Part shown: positions 11,841-25,337 of the stretch, piece after piece
Numbering within the stretch: position 1 is the stretch's first letter
Layout: each line of letters opens with the position of its first letter
NCBI RefSeq assembly: GCF_006345805.1
Contig: NC_043002.1
Location: 62,682,001 to 62,746,000, forward strand
DNA length: 64,000 nt
From: Octopus sinensis
Taxonomy: Eukaryota
Direction of reading: 5' to 3'
Made by a program: the position numbers and the translations under genes
The notes under the pieces: generated by a model
Databases searched by the model: none
What the model was told of the DNA's origin: nothing
The model's input: the letters and a program-made list of their open reading frames with translations, nothing else

Positions 11841-13682
11841 GCAGATAGTGGTGGTGGTGTGTTGATATTGGAAAGTAATTTTCTATCGAAAAAAAATTTT
11901 TATAGCGACCATTACATACGCATAAATGCAATTATTTATCGTCAGCCCGCTTAAAAGAAAAATTGATATTTGTTTATATAAGGGGTTAGTTTAACCTAAG
12001 ATCTGGATTCACAAGAAACACGGTTGAAAGCTGCCCAAGAAAGGATGCGCAGTAATAGAGCACGGATTAGAGAGGAAGAGCGAGAAGATACAATAAAGAG
12101 TATGGAGACACGATGAAATCAAGGTCGACGAACGTCAAGAATATTTAAAGAAAGCTAAACTATGAATGCTATAATAATGCAAATGATTCTTTCTTAAATA
12201 AGTTCTCTTAATTTTTTTCCTATTCCGTAGAATTTACACGGGACCTACTAGTGTTTGGTAAATTTTAATAATTAAAATTGCACGGTTATCACCCTTGCAA
12301 ATTTTTAACCAGAATTATTGAATTTGTCCGCGAGTTGTTTCCATCGCTTAAGAAGCAATTCCAGATAATTAAAACCTCATGCTCCACTACTTGTAAATAA
12401 TAAGCTAGCATCTACTCTACAGCGATACACTGCTGGGTATGACGAGGGGGTAATCGAATTATCCGAGAATGAAATGCTACTGGATTGCAGATCGAACGCT
12501 CCTATCCACTCATCGGTTCTTAGTTAGAAACAAAAAACAAAAAAACATAATTAAAGGATGAATAGATACATAATTAAATAAACGAGTATTAAGTGGATGC
12601 ATATTGTTAACATGGAATGCAACCTCTTTTGCACGAAGTTAAAATATTGCTGCTCGATTGATTAGTATTACTTGACTACTATGTTCGCTTTACTCATCTA
12701 ACCCTTCGATCAATCATCATCATCATCATCACCACCATCATCATCACCACCATCTTCTTCATTTTCTTCTCTTCTTTTTCTTCGATAAATTCTTCTACAA
12801 ATTCTTCTTTTTTCTTCTTTTCTTTTTCTTCTTTTTTTTTTCTTCTATAAGTTCTACAAATTCTTTTTCTTCTTTTCTTTTCTTCCACTCCATCTTCTTC
12901 TTCTACAAATACTTCTATAAATTCTACTTCACCACCACCACCACCACCACCACCACCTCCATCTCCTCCTCTCCACCCTCCCCTCATCCTCACCCTCATC
13001 CACCCACCTCTACCTCCTGCTTCTCTTCTTCGTCAAATTCTTCCTACTTCCTCACAGAACTAAGTGGAAATGGAAAATTTCCATATTTGAATATAAAACA
13101 CCGAACGCTTTCCTTCCCCTATATTCCTCTGCCAAATTGAAAACTAAAACTGATGTTGAAATCTTCTCTAAATCGCTATAATGAACCGGATTACAGCAAA
13201 TACGCTGTGATACTGATTCTACTTTCACTTTTAAAGTTAATCTTTCAATGAGTGGTGTAGCTGCGCTCTCGTACACGCACGCACGCGCACACTCATACAT
13301 ACACGGTGGCGCATATTAACACACACAGACATGCCGACACTGAAGTACGTTGATACAAATACAGACATACACACCTACACATAGGAATATAAACACACAC
13401 ACACACATACACACACATATATATTCAATGTCAGAGAATGGGAGATAGGTTGGGAGAGAGACTATACGACTGAAAGAGAGAGAAAGAGAGAGTGAGACTA
13501 GCATATATACACACAAATTAGTACGTATACTTGTATAAATTCATATACATTCGCATCTTCAAAATAATGATAGAGATGTGAACATTCTCAGATATACGTA
13601 GGACAGATATATACATTCATTCAATATATACACACACGAATACGCGTAGACACGTTGATGCAAGGCACTGGAGCACACACAC

Positions 13683-13722
<40 letters not shown>

Positions 13723-14095
13723 ACGCACACACACATAAACACACACAAAGAGACACACGGAAGCAAATTTCAAGTATATAGAGCTTTGGCTACATACTCA
13801 TAAATTGCACTTAGACACTGTCACATTTAGACACACACACACACACACACAGACAAACACACGCATACGGGTATATACGTATGCAGAGAGACACACAAAT
13901 ATATACGTATTCACTAAAGGACTCAACAACAACAACAACAAATAGAACAAGAACAAGATGATGGGGAGCAGAAGAAAAAGAAGAAGAACAACAACAACAA
14001 GTAGAACAAGAACAAGAACATAAAGGAGGTGGAGGGGAAAAGAAGAAGAATTTATAGAAGAATGTAGGAAGAAGAAGAAGAAGAAGAAGAAGAAG

Positions 14096-14126
<31 letters not shown>

Positions 14127-14839
14127 TGATGACCATATTATTAAAGATATACGCATTCACTAAAGTATACAGGCGCACTGGCACGTCTATGCATGCAAGT
14201 ACAAACACTGGCAGACCTACACAAAAACACCAACGGTTTAAGCATATAGATATGTACACACTAACACGCGAACACGCAAACCATCGAATGCTGGTGTATA
14301 TAAGAATGGATTTATAACCAGAAGTCTGTTGTCTCAATATTTCAGCATAAACATGCGAACAGCCACAATCGTATTGCAATACGTGCTTATACGTGCATAT
14401 AAGAATGAGTCGGTGTGCATACGTGTATAATTAGTAAGTACGAGCACATACACACACACACACCTACATACATATATACGTACACAAAAAACATACATAC
14501 ATTCACACGCATGCATATACGTGTGTGTGTACATATATGTGTGTGTATGAATATATATATATAAATATATATACTAATATTTATATTCTCATCTATCTAT
14601 ATGTAATTATACTCATCTCTCCCTCTCTGTATCCAGATATATGTATGTATATATGTGTGTGTGTATGAAGGCATATATATATTCATATATATGTATATAT
14701 ATATATATGTACATACATATGCATATATATATATATAAGCATATATGCATACATATATATATATATATGAATATATATGCTTATATGTAAACATATTTAT
14801 ATATATATTTATGCAAATATCTATACACATATATATAAG

Positions 14840-14909
<70 letters not shown>

Positions 14910-15366
14910 CACACACAAATGCTTGAACGCTTAGTGTGTGCTTCCAACACACACACACACATATATATAATATGCGCACACATGAGTGCGTAATATATAT
15001 GTATATATGTGTCAGCATGTATGTGTAAGCGTATATGTGTAAGCGAGTATGTGTCAGCGTGTATGTATAAGCGTGTATGTATCAGCGTGTATGTATCAGC
15101 GTGTATGTGTAAGCGTGTATGTGTGCGGCTGTTAGTGTGTGTGTACGCGCTTCTTCTCATAATCATGTTATTTTTGAATAAATGCATTAGTAAGTAGAAA
15201 ACGAGCAAACGGAGAATGAAACGAAAGAAGAATAAGAACAACAACAAAAACAAAAATAAAAAACAATGTAAATAACCATAAGTTAAAAGTAAGTTAAATC
15301 CAGCCCAAAGAAACAAACCACACACACACACACATATAAATAGTCGGACACACATACATATATATA

Positions 15367-15441
<75 letters not shown>

Positions 15442-15729
15442 ATGTATGTGTGTCTGTGTGTGTGCGAGTGTGCATCTGTGCGTGTGTATATGTATATATA
15501 CGCATATAAGTGTATGAATGTTTCAAGAACAGTTTGAAGATTAGCAGATTTAGATTATGTTGGTCTTCAGTGAGAGACGAAGTCTCTTAATACAGAATTC
15601 TTCTAATACTGCAAATGTTCGTTGATGGCGAACATTAAATTAACGAAATAAAACTGGTTGCTATAGTGATGTAATTTTTCTTGCTGTCGTCGTATTTTCG
15701 TTCATTTGTCTTTCGGTGATAATATGGTC

Positions 15730-16160
15730 GCTTCCTCCTCCTCTTTCTCCCTCTCTTCCTCCTCCTTCTTCTTTTCCTCCCCTCCTCCTCTTCCCTTCCT
15801 CTTCCTTCTTGTTCTTGTTCTACTTGTTGTTGTTGTGGTTTTTGTTCGTGTTCTTTCTCCTCACCCTCCTCCTTCTTGTTCTTGTTCTTGTTCTTCCTTT
15901 TCTCCTTTTCCTCCTCTCCTCCTTCCGCTCCTCCTCCCTTTTCTTCACTTCTTCCTTCTCCTTCTCCACTTCCTGCTCCTTCTTCTCTTTCCTCTGCTAC
16001 TTCATCTTTTCTTCTCTCCTCCTCCTCCTCCTCCTTCTCTCATCGTCGTCATCAACATTCACCTTCCCTTCATATAAAAAAAAACCTTCATCCTTCATCC
16101 CCGTCGTCGTCTTCATCGTTGCTGTCTTCGTCAGTCATCAGCCATCATCATCATCACTAC
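15730..16160. repeat. pyrimidine-rich low-complexity (CTT/CCT/CAT)n tract
   Basis: Direct inspection. Confidence 0.9.
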
Positions 16161-16554
16161 CACCACCTTACACCATCATTATAGTCAACATCGTTAATAG
16201 AATCATGTGCGAAGTCCGAATGTGTGTGTATGTGTGTGTTTAACTGTGAGTGTGTTTATGTATTGACTACCATCTGCTTTCATTAATTTGTAAAAGTGAC
16301 ATGTCATTTTAATTTTAGTACATCTCTCGTTGATTTTGTTCATACAGTCTCTTGTCTGCGTTCTTGATTAACGGCAAGCAAACCCGAACTGAGGGGATCT
16401 ATTATTGCGGTTCTACCTGATGCATATCAAGTTAGCATAAAACTCCGAATGCTCATTTACAGAGTCATTGAGGTCACAAATATCAGTGTATGTTTGTGTA
16501 TATAATATATAATATAATATATATAGATAGATGTGTCTGTGTGTGTGTGTATAA

Positions 16555-16710
16555 ATTAGAAAACAACCACCCTTCATCAATTCAAAATGAACAATTAAAT
16601 TACACGATCTAGAAAATTACATATAATAGAAATATTAAAAATGTATTTCTAAATTGAATTTTTCCCTGTAAGTTAGGAATAATATTCCCTCAAAAATTAT
16701 TATTATATAT
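16555..16710. repeat. short microsatellite-flanked dispersed repeat (empty-site paralogue of the MITE target)
   Basis: Aligns with 17198-17240 joined to 18049-18090. Confidence 0.7.
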
Positions 16711-16744
16711 ATATATATAGATGAGTGTGTATGTGTGCGTGTGA

Positions 16745-16950
16745 TGGACTCACACGTCGTTAGACGATGTGACAGGGTGCGACACTTTCTCACCGAACAA
16801 CCACACACATGATTTGCTTGTAGTGATCAGATGTTTGCGTAGACATAAGCTCAGTCCCTCCATCAGATCGACATTACTTGTACAGGTGCAACGAGTGTCA
16901 CATGTCAAATGACAAATTCATTGTTGTGGTGGAAGTCGAACACCGCCGTG
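16745..16950 (-). mobile_element. old SINE family D fragment
   Basis: Reverse complement shares gtcgatctgatg..gagc..atcactacaagcaaatca..cgtgtgagtcca with 19620-19872 and 61229-61440. Confidence 0.55.
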
Positions 16951-17149
16951 AAAGGAAAAGTGAACGGTTCCGAAATGTATATATACGCATGAGTGCTGGA
17001 GATACCAGAAGAGTATCGTATGCGCAGCCATGTAGTATACAGGGAGTCGTACTAGTTATAAAGAAGGGATATCGTTGGATGACATGTTGGTGATTTGAAC
17101 AGTTGGTGAATAAATAACCATTAAGTCTGCAACTATATCAAATCATCAT

Positions 17150-17190
<41 letters not shown>

Positions 17191-17240
17191 TATATATATT
17201 AGAAAAAAACACCTTTTATCAATTCAATAATGAAAAATTA

Positions 17241-18040
17241 GGATCTTTTCCTTTTGAACGGCAGTTTGTAACATAATTTCTAGGTAACTAAAAAGTTTTA
17301 AACTTCGTATACTGGGAGAATGTGTTTATAAAACATCATTTTCTTTTGGTTTTATTGAGAAAATTCTATAATTTGTACGATATTTCGTCTGAAAATCCGA
17401 GCATTTCGGCAATTTTAACCAATCGATTACCTCCATTGAACCAAAATCATTTGCTGCGTCTAAAACTGAGACAACATCCTGTCACTAACCCTAAACCTCC
17501 CCCTAACCCTAACCCTAAATTATTCTTTCTTAATTGTTAAATTAATTTAATTGTTACGCGTGTAAAAAAAAACGAAAGCAATGGAAAATAATTTAAACAA
17601 TTAACAAAATAATTCTATAATTTTATACACACGCTTTCCGTACGTAAACGGAAAGCGTGTGTTTCGGAAAGCGTGTGTATAAAATTATAGAATTATTTTG
17701 TTTGTTAATTGTTTAAATTATTTTCCATTGCTTTCCTTTTTTTTTACACGCGTAACAATTAAATTAATTTAACAATTAAGAAAGAATAATTTAGGGTTAG
17801 GGGGAGGTTTAGGGTTAGTGACAGGATGTTGTCTCAGTTTTAGACACAGCAAATGATTTTAGCTCAAAAGAGAGCATAGGATTGGTTAAAATTCGAAAAC
17901 TACGTTAAACAAACAAATTACAATTTTCTCAAGAAAGCCAAGAGAAAAAAATGTTTTATTTTGACACATTCTACCAATATACGAAGTTTTAAAGTATTTA
18001 GTTAACTAGAAATTGTCTGCCGTTCAAAAGGAAAAGATCC
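17241..18040. mobile_element. 800-bp fully palindromic MITE with 8-bp TSD (Merlin- or hAT-type signature)
   Basis: Perfect 24-bp TIR ggatcttttccttttgaacggcag; arms pair to the centre. TSD aaaaatta at 17233-17240 and 18041-18048; internal (CCCTAA)-like runs. Confidence 0.92.
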
Positions 18041-18576
18041 AAAAATTAAATTATACCATTTAGAAAAATTACATATTATAGAAAGATTAAATATAAGTTA
18101 TTATTATTGATATTATTATTATTATTATATATATATATGTATGTCTATATGAATGTGTGTGTGCATACGCAGGAGTATTAGTATGTATGCATCCACACAG
18201 ATAAAAAGGCACGCAAAGAGAAAGTAAGAAGGAGAAGGAATGATCTTCCAAGAATTTTACAGAATCTTTGATCGTCACCTTCTTGCCTGGTAGCCATAGA
18301 TTTAAACGGAATCTTGTCTTCGTGAAAGCCTACCGGTAACAGAACAATAATAATAGTAGTGCTTCTTACTGAGGAACAAATATCATATTGAGTAATAGAG
18401 TTTGTGGAACTTGTATCAAAATGTATTTCGCTTTCAGTCAAATGGCGGTTATAATTTTCATCAATGAAGAAGAGGACAGACAAGTCAAGATGGGGACGTC
18501 TATACGGTCTTTCATCTGCTGCCCTGCTGGATATAACATTATATTGTTCTTCAAGTATTTGTTAATAACCAAAGAG

Positions 18577-18700
18577 GCCTGGCCTAGAGATTAGTCTTTT
18601 GCACTTGTGATTACAAGATCGTACTTTCTATTTCAGAACAGGTCAATGTGTTGTGATTTTCAAGGAAATATCTCATTTCCTGTTGCTCCAGCTGTAAAGG
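18577..18700 (+). mobile_element. degraded SINE head leading into a minisatellite
   Basis: tggcctagagattag A-box-like, then tcatttcctgttgctccag as in the SINE core at 4905-5070. Confidence 0.5.
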
Positions 18701-19393
18701 AGCTCATCAGTAAAGGAGCTCAGCAGTAAAGGAGCTCAGCTGTAAAGGACCTCAGCAGTAAAGGAGCTCAGTTGTAAAAGAGCTCAGCAGTAAAGGAGCT
18801 CAGCAGTAAAGGAGTTCAGCAGTAAAGGACCTCAGCTGTGAAGAAGTTCAGCAGTAAATGAGCTCAACAGTAAATGAGCTCAGCTGTAAAGGAGTTCAGC
18901 AGTAAAGTAGCACAGCTGTAAAGGAGCTCAGCAGTAAAGGAGCTCAGCAGTAAAGGAGCTCAGCAGTAAAGGAGCTCAGCAGTAAAGGAGCGAAGCTGTA
19001 AATGAGCCCAGCAGTAAAAGAGCTCAGCTGTAAAGGAGTTCAACAGTAAAGGAGCTCAGCAGTAAAGGATTTCAGCAGTAAAGGAGCTCAGCAGTAAAAG
19101 AGCTCAGCAGTAAAAGAGCTCAGCTGTAAAGGAGCTCAGCAGTAAAGGAGCGAAGCTGTAAAGGAGCTCAGCTGTAAATGAGTTCAGCTGCAAAAGAGCT
19201 CAACAGTAAAGGAGCTCAGCAGTAAAAGAGCTCAGCTGTAAAGGAGCTCAGCAGTAAAGGAGCGAAGCTGTAAAGGAGCTCAGCTGTAAATGAGTTCAGC
19301 TGCAAAAGAGCTCAACAGTAAAGGAGCTCAGCAGTAAAAGAGCTCAGGTGTAAAGGAGCTCAGCAGTAAAGCAACTCAGCAGTAAATGAGCTC
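18690..19393. repeat. 16-bp minisatellite (gagctcagcagtaaag), about 44 units, with a 112-bp higher-order duplication
   Basis: Direct inspection; the variant unit cgaagc recurs at 18991, 19151 and 19263. Confidence 0.95.
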
Positions 19394-19619
19394 GGGTTAA
19401 GCTCTGACATTGTAACTTATAGGGCTCAACACGGGTCTAAATATAAATATGTAACGTTTTTTTTTTTGTAAAATGAAAGACAAATTAATCTTTCCAAATA
19501 TTACATTTGAATAAGATTCGAACAATCATTGGTAATGAGACACTGAAAAGTTAGGAAGATAATTAATAGACTTATCATAAGTATATTACATATATATAGA
19601 TTAATCCAGTAAATATGTG

Positions 19620-19872
19620 ATGGCGCATGGCCTAATGGTTTGGGTGTTACAATTAACCGGGTGGAGTGTTGTGTTCTTGAGCAGAGAACTTCATCTCCTG
19701 TTGATCTGTAATCATTTCGGAACCGGACGCTTGGTACCCCCTGCACCTGTCCATGTGAGAGTGAGCTAATGGACAGTACATAAATTTCATCACTATAAAC
19801 AAATCAATTATGTTGGTCGTTCAGCAAAAAAGCTGAACACACATACGTCGTCTTCGACAGGAGAGTCCACCA
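19620..19872 (+). mobile_element. old SINE family D
   Basis: tRNA-like head tggcgcatggcctaatgg, CORE-like gttcttgagcagagaactt; paralogue at 61229-61440. Confidence 0.65.
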
Positions 19873-20221
19873 TGTATTTTGAAATGTATACTCGTGTGTC
19901 TACATGTGTGTATGTCTGTTTGTTTGTGTAGGAATTCGAGTATGTGTACATCAGTGCGGTCAAACAAAATGTTACTACAGTCCGCTACCCCGGAACTCTT
20001 CTCTGAAGAGACGACAAAAGTTGCAACATCTGGCCATGTAAGAAAATAAACATCGAGTATCCTAACATTGTAGCACTGAATTATTTCTTATAGCGGATCA
20101 CTATGATCGTCTGATGAAAATCCTTCCAACCTACCTACCTACCTACCTACATACATACCTACATACATACATACCTACATACCTACATACATACATACAT
20201 ACATACATACATGGATGCATG

Positions 20222-20494
20222 TTTTTATATTTATGCGCCCTTTTCAAGCCTAGCCAGGCTCATGGACCTGGTTTCCCGGTTTCTATGGCGTATGTGTTCC
20301 CCCCAGCTGGACGGGACGCCAGTCCATCGCAGCGTTACTCAAGAAGCAGGAAGAAAGAGTGAGAGAAAGTTGGAGCGAAAGAGTACAACAGGGGTCGCCA
20401 CCACACCCTGCCGCACAACGCCCGGTCTGGGAATTGAAACTACGATCATCCGACCGCGAGTCCGCTGCCATAAACACTGTGCCATTGCGCCTCC
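20222..20494 (-). mobile_element. SINE with a family-B head and a different (Meta-domain-like) 3' module
   Basis: Head and 5' body match 9594-9785, then ctgcgatggactggcgtcccgtccag...catagaaaccgg. Inserted in (TACA)n. Confidence 0.85.
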
Positions 20495-21290
20495 ACACAT
20501 ACATACATACATACATACATACATACATACATACATACATACATACATACATACATACTTATATACTTACCTACGTGCATAGCTGCGTACCAATCCCAAC
20601 ACTTATTTACCTATCTACCCACCCATCCTTTCATCTATTTACCTACATACCAATCTCTCTCTTTCTATATAAATATGTATCCATCTATCTCTGAATGACG
20701 TTCAAACTCACAAATATTTGTGCCTTTATATATATATATATGTACATACATAGCCTTATCTATATATAATTATACAATCACACACACATATCTATATATA
20801 CATAACACATACATACATATATATAAATACATATATATATATGTATGTATAATATGTATTATTTTATATATATATATACACACACACGTACATACATATG
20901 TACATGAAATGATATTACTATTAGAAGTAGTGATAAAATATTAACCATTCGAACATTAAAGGGGAAACATAGTAGAAATTATATGAAAATTATTCCAGCA
21001 TCTAAAGACAGTTTCAAAACATATCTAGCAGCATTAAAGCTTTGTTGGTTTGAAACTTCTATTCATGAGTCTATATAATTTTGAACAGTAATGATGAGAA
21101 AATAGTTTTAAGAATAAAATATATAAACCGGTTGACACAAACGCAAAATATAAACTAGTTGACACAAATATACATGTGTGTGTGTGTGTGTATCTATACA
21201 TATATGTATGCGTGTACGTATATATATGTATGTATGAATATGTGTCTATATATACATACATATTTATGTATGTATATATATGCATATATG

Positions 21291-21353
<63 letters not shown>

Positions 21354-21469
21354 GTATGTATATATATATATATGATGCACATGCATGTATGTATGTATAT
21401 ATACATACATACATATACATCATCATCCTCAACAGAATTAAGAAGCTTTGAGAAACGTGAAATACATAG

Positions 21470-21870
21470 GTTTTAGCGGTTGAATTGGAAGTAGAGAAAG
21501 CTATAAATAATAACCTGTAAACATCGACTGAGAAAAGAATACTTGGATAGATGAACAGTTAGAACGTCTGCCATATTCACAAAAGACGAAGTTTCCTGCC
21601 CTACTGTTAGATTTCGACTTTTTCCAACAAAATTGTTTCCTGAAAATTCGAGGATGGGGTGCTGAAAATTTCCTGGCTTTAAGGTTGTCGCGAATGGCCT
21701 CGTTGGAGGCTGATCCTTCCAAGTTCTTTTACAGGGCTTTGAAAAACTGAAGGATCGCTGCAATAAGTACGTGAATCTGAGAGTGGAATATTTTGAATAG
21801 AATCATAATATACCTATCCTCCTGTATTTTCTTTTAGCTAAAGCTAGGGACTTTTCGGCACCCTCTCTCA
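21470..21870 (+). mobile_element. internally deleted mariner remnant
   Basis: Encodes QGFEKLKDRCNKYVNLRVEYFE*, like the mariner transposase C-terminus. The 5' boundary is uncertain. Confidence 0.65.
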
Positions 21871-21949
21871 TATGCTGCGCACATTGGTAGTCCAAACTCC
21901 AAATCGAAAAGTGTCAGAAAACATTATCTCCTTATTTACTACACAGTTG

Positions 21950-24290
21950 AACTGTTCCTCGCTTTAGCAAAAATCTTCATAGCATCCGTAGAGAGTAAAT
22001 GGTTTAGCTTTCCATCGCCCTCGCCTAGACAGTCGCATAAAAGCTGTAAGAGATAAAAGCGGTCATAATGTTGCCCTGAAATATTTCTCGCTTTATGTTA
22101 CCTTTTCCCAATGACAGTGTCAACTACTATTTCGGTGTTCAGTGTCTCATGTAGCCGAAGATTAAATGCTCTGATGTTATCTGCAAAATATAGACATCCA
22201 TGATTTTGTCTTTCTTCTATGTCTACCATATCATAGATATTTTTATAATCTACCTAATTCATCTCCAGGTTTGTCAGTCTCCTCCTAGAGGTCGTTATCA
22301 CTGTTTCCTTTACTTTTCAATCAATAGCTGATCTGTTGTGTCTCTGCTTATCTTCCGATATCGTTTTTTCTTTCCATTGGAAAAATTCCTTTAACCTCAA
22401 CTTTTCCATACGGCTTTTCTAATTATAATCACTCGTGAAAAACTTGCTCATTAAGGGAAGGAAGTTATCGACCTAAAATTAGAAACTGTTTTCCTAATCA
22501 ATATCCTTAACACACAACACACTTCTTTCAGTAGTCGTCCAGAATGGCACAATTTGCCATTGTACGACAGTGTTTAGCTAATATGAGATGCTCTTACATA
22601 GAGATGAAAATCACTTGAACTAAAATCCTTCAACACCGCCTAGTTAAATCCCATTTCAATTTGGCATTTCTTTTAACTCTTTCTTCTCTTTTATTGTTCC
22701 AATGACCATATTTCCCTGTTTTTCTGCGCCTTCCGTTTCTTCCTCGAACTCTTTTAACCATTTCTAAGTTGGCTAATTCCAAATCCCACTTGAAAATTCA
22801 CGACTCCCTTCTGCCACCGGAACAACCGCCTCATTCCATATAGTCTCTGGAATCACAAACAAGCTTTTCTGATTTCAATGGAATTCTATTCTACCAGTAC
22901 AATTCCTTTTTTTTTTTAGCATAGTTGATAATTTTGCATGAACTGCGACTACACTTTGTCTCAACTACTCATGTCATTTGTGAATAACTTTGTGTGCATT
23001 TTTCATCTCTTCCTAACCTCCCTTGATCCCCGTTCAATTTAATTTTCGATCTGTTGATTCATACCAAGGCCGCATTTGGTTCGACTTAAAACGAATTCTC
23101 TTCCTCCATTGCGATTCCTTATCATTTCTGTTATTTCTTTCCTTAAGCCGTAATTCCTCCGCAACTACGTTTCCTGCAGTGCATATCTAAGTTGTTGTTT
23201 CGGAGATATTGGTTTTCGAACTATAGATACAAGGGTGATTCAAAAATAATGCCATTTTGTTTAGGACAGGTATAATTACCAATACAGGAACACGTATCAT
23301 ACATCAAAATGAAGCTGGTTCTCTGTGGATCACATCTCAACTCCTCAACATAGTCACCATTTCTCTCAACAGCAAAGTTCCACCTTCGAATGAGAGCATG
23401 TATCCCTGCCCTGTAAATTTCTGTTGACTGTTCTTTGAGCCACTTCTTCACTACATTTTTCACTTCCTCGTCAGTGGAATAATGTTGGACACTCAAACCC
23501 TCTTTCATGGGGCCGAAGAGATAATAGTCCAGTGATGATGATAGTTCAGTGACGAAGAAGTGAAAACTGTTGTGAAGAAGTGGCTGAAAGCACAGTCAAC
23601 AGAATTTTACGGGGCAGGGATACATGCTCTCATTCAAAGGTGGAACATTGCTATTGAGAGAAATGGTGGCTATGATGAGAAGTAGAGATGTGATCCGCAG
23701 AGAACCAGCTTCACTTTGATGTATGATACATGTTCCTGTATAGGACAGGTAATTATACCGATCCTAAACAAAATGACATTACTTTTTGACTCACCCTCGT
23801 AATACACCATTTATATACCATAATACCATAATCCAACCTAATCGCTATCTGCATAACTTAAATTCTGCGTGAGTTCTCGAGATTGCAGGTCACACTTTTC
23901 TGACAACTTTTGTCGAAACAGAAAATTGTTCTCCATCTAACTCTGCTACACATGTCTTCCTAATGCTTCAGTTAATTCTAATTCTTGTGCAGTTGCTTTC
24001 CTCGAATTATGTGACTACATCATTCTCTACACGTACTTCTCCCTCTTCAAGTTCATTTTCAATTTTCCTTCTGCTCACTTCAATTTCAGTTAGCCATTTA
24101 TTACTTCTAAATACTCTAACCTGCTCAGTCAACATTTAGTCAGTGACATCAAAAATACCATTTTTTCCTCCCAAATAATCTTCATCCTTTGTTTTTAACC
24201 TCTTCAATTTGGTTCACTTGTAATAAAAATTCTTCACATCAATTTTATTGACCTCGTTCCCTTAATTCCTGCTACGTTTATTCTGGCAGT
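21950..24290 (-). mobile_element. ancient, heavily degraded LINE interrupted by a mariner MITE
   Basis: Minus strand retains RT-like residues in order: LEKPY (~22410, DxxKAY-like), then CLYFADNI (~22180, YADD-like). Purine-rich sense strand; boundaries approximate. Confidence 0.5.
23230..23799. mobile_element. mariner-derived MITE made of two inverted 3' ends
   Basis: Both arms encode the mariner C-terminus (DEEVK..VKKWLK.QSTE.Y.AGIHALI.RW...ERNG.Y.E). TIR c(a/g)agggtga(t/g)tcaaaaa; TA TSD at 23228-29 and 23800-01. Confidence 0.92.
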
Positions 24291-24722
24291 GGTTTGATGA
24301 AAACCTACAGGAGTCAGAAGCGTGAACGGTCTGAAGACAAACACTGTCTGCTGTAGTCGAGTTCCTATTGACATATCGACTTTTTCATTCTTCACTTGAA
24401 AAGCAAGGTGAGAGCGGAGTGGGAGATACTGTCCACGAGAGAGTTTCTTGAAAGATGGGTGAAAGTGGCAAAACTGACAAGAGAGGATGCAAGAGAAAAT
24501 TGGTCAGAATTTTTAGCAGCATTTTTCCGATTTCCCATTTTGAGCTCAAATTTAGTCGCGGTCGATTTTGTCCTCTTCGAAAGCGATGAGATAATTGCAA
24601 TTGCTTTCTTTCCTTTTTTATCATTATATGTAACGCCCCCACACTTTCTGTCTGTCTCTATATTGTCCCATTAATCCTTCGCCCTCGTGACAAATAAATG
24701 AAATTGTTATTATTATTATTAT

Positions 24723-24935
24723 GGAGGTGGTCGCCTGGCAGATTCGTTAACTCGCCGGAAAACAAAGCGTACCGGCATTTTCGTCCGTCTTTGCTTCATG
24801 AGTTCAAATACGCCGAGGTTATTTTTGCCTTTGATCCTTCCGGGGGTCTATAAAATAAGTAGCAGTAATGCACTGAGATTGATGCGATCGACTTAACCCC
24901 TCTCTGAATCTGTGGGCCTAGTGGCCAAACTTGAA
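24723..24935 (+). mobile_element. degraded SINE family C
   Basis: ctggcagattcgttaa...gagttcaaatacgccgagg...gcctttgatccttccgggg. Confidence 0.7.
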
Positions 24936-25260
24936 ATCATCACCGTCATCATCATACTCATCGTCATCGCCGTCGTCATCATCATCATCATTATCACCAC
25001 CACCACCACCATATTCATCATCATCATAGTCATCGTAATCATTATCATCATCATAGTCACTACCATCATCATTAACTTCTTCAACATCATCATCATTGCT
25101 GTGTTTATTATTCTTATTGGTGGCAGGGGTGGTGGTAGTAGTTTCTGTGATAGTAAGAAGTTTGCAGTTTGGAATATTTCATCATTCCTTTTGTTTCTCA
25201 AGAGAATCAGATAAGTATTGACAGGCGTGTTTCCATTTCCGTTTAAAACTAACACCCAGA

Positions 25261-25337
<77 letters not shown>

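Noticed and set aside
13052-13300. 82-aa non-repetitive minus-strand ORF
   Set aside because: No recognisable motif or splice support.
17485-17520. CCCTAA runs as a telomere or fusion scar
   Set aside because: Only a few units, mirrored inside MITE arms.
18280-18560. Possible ancient Penelope RT fragment on the minus strand (LDLSV...)
   Set aside because: Too degraded to call without a translated search.
18690-19393. Regular array as a CRISPR
   Set aside because: Contiguous 16-bp units without unique spacers, no cas genes, eukaryotic context.
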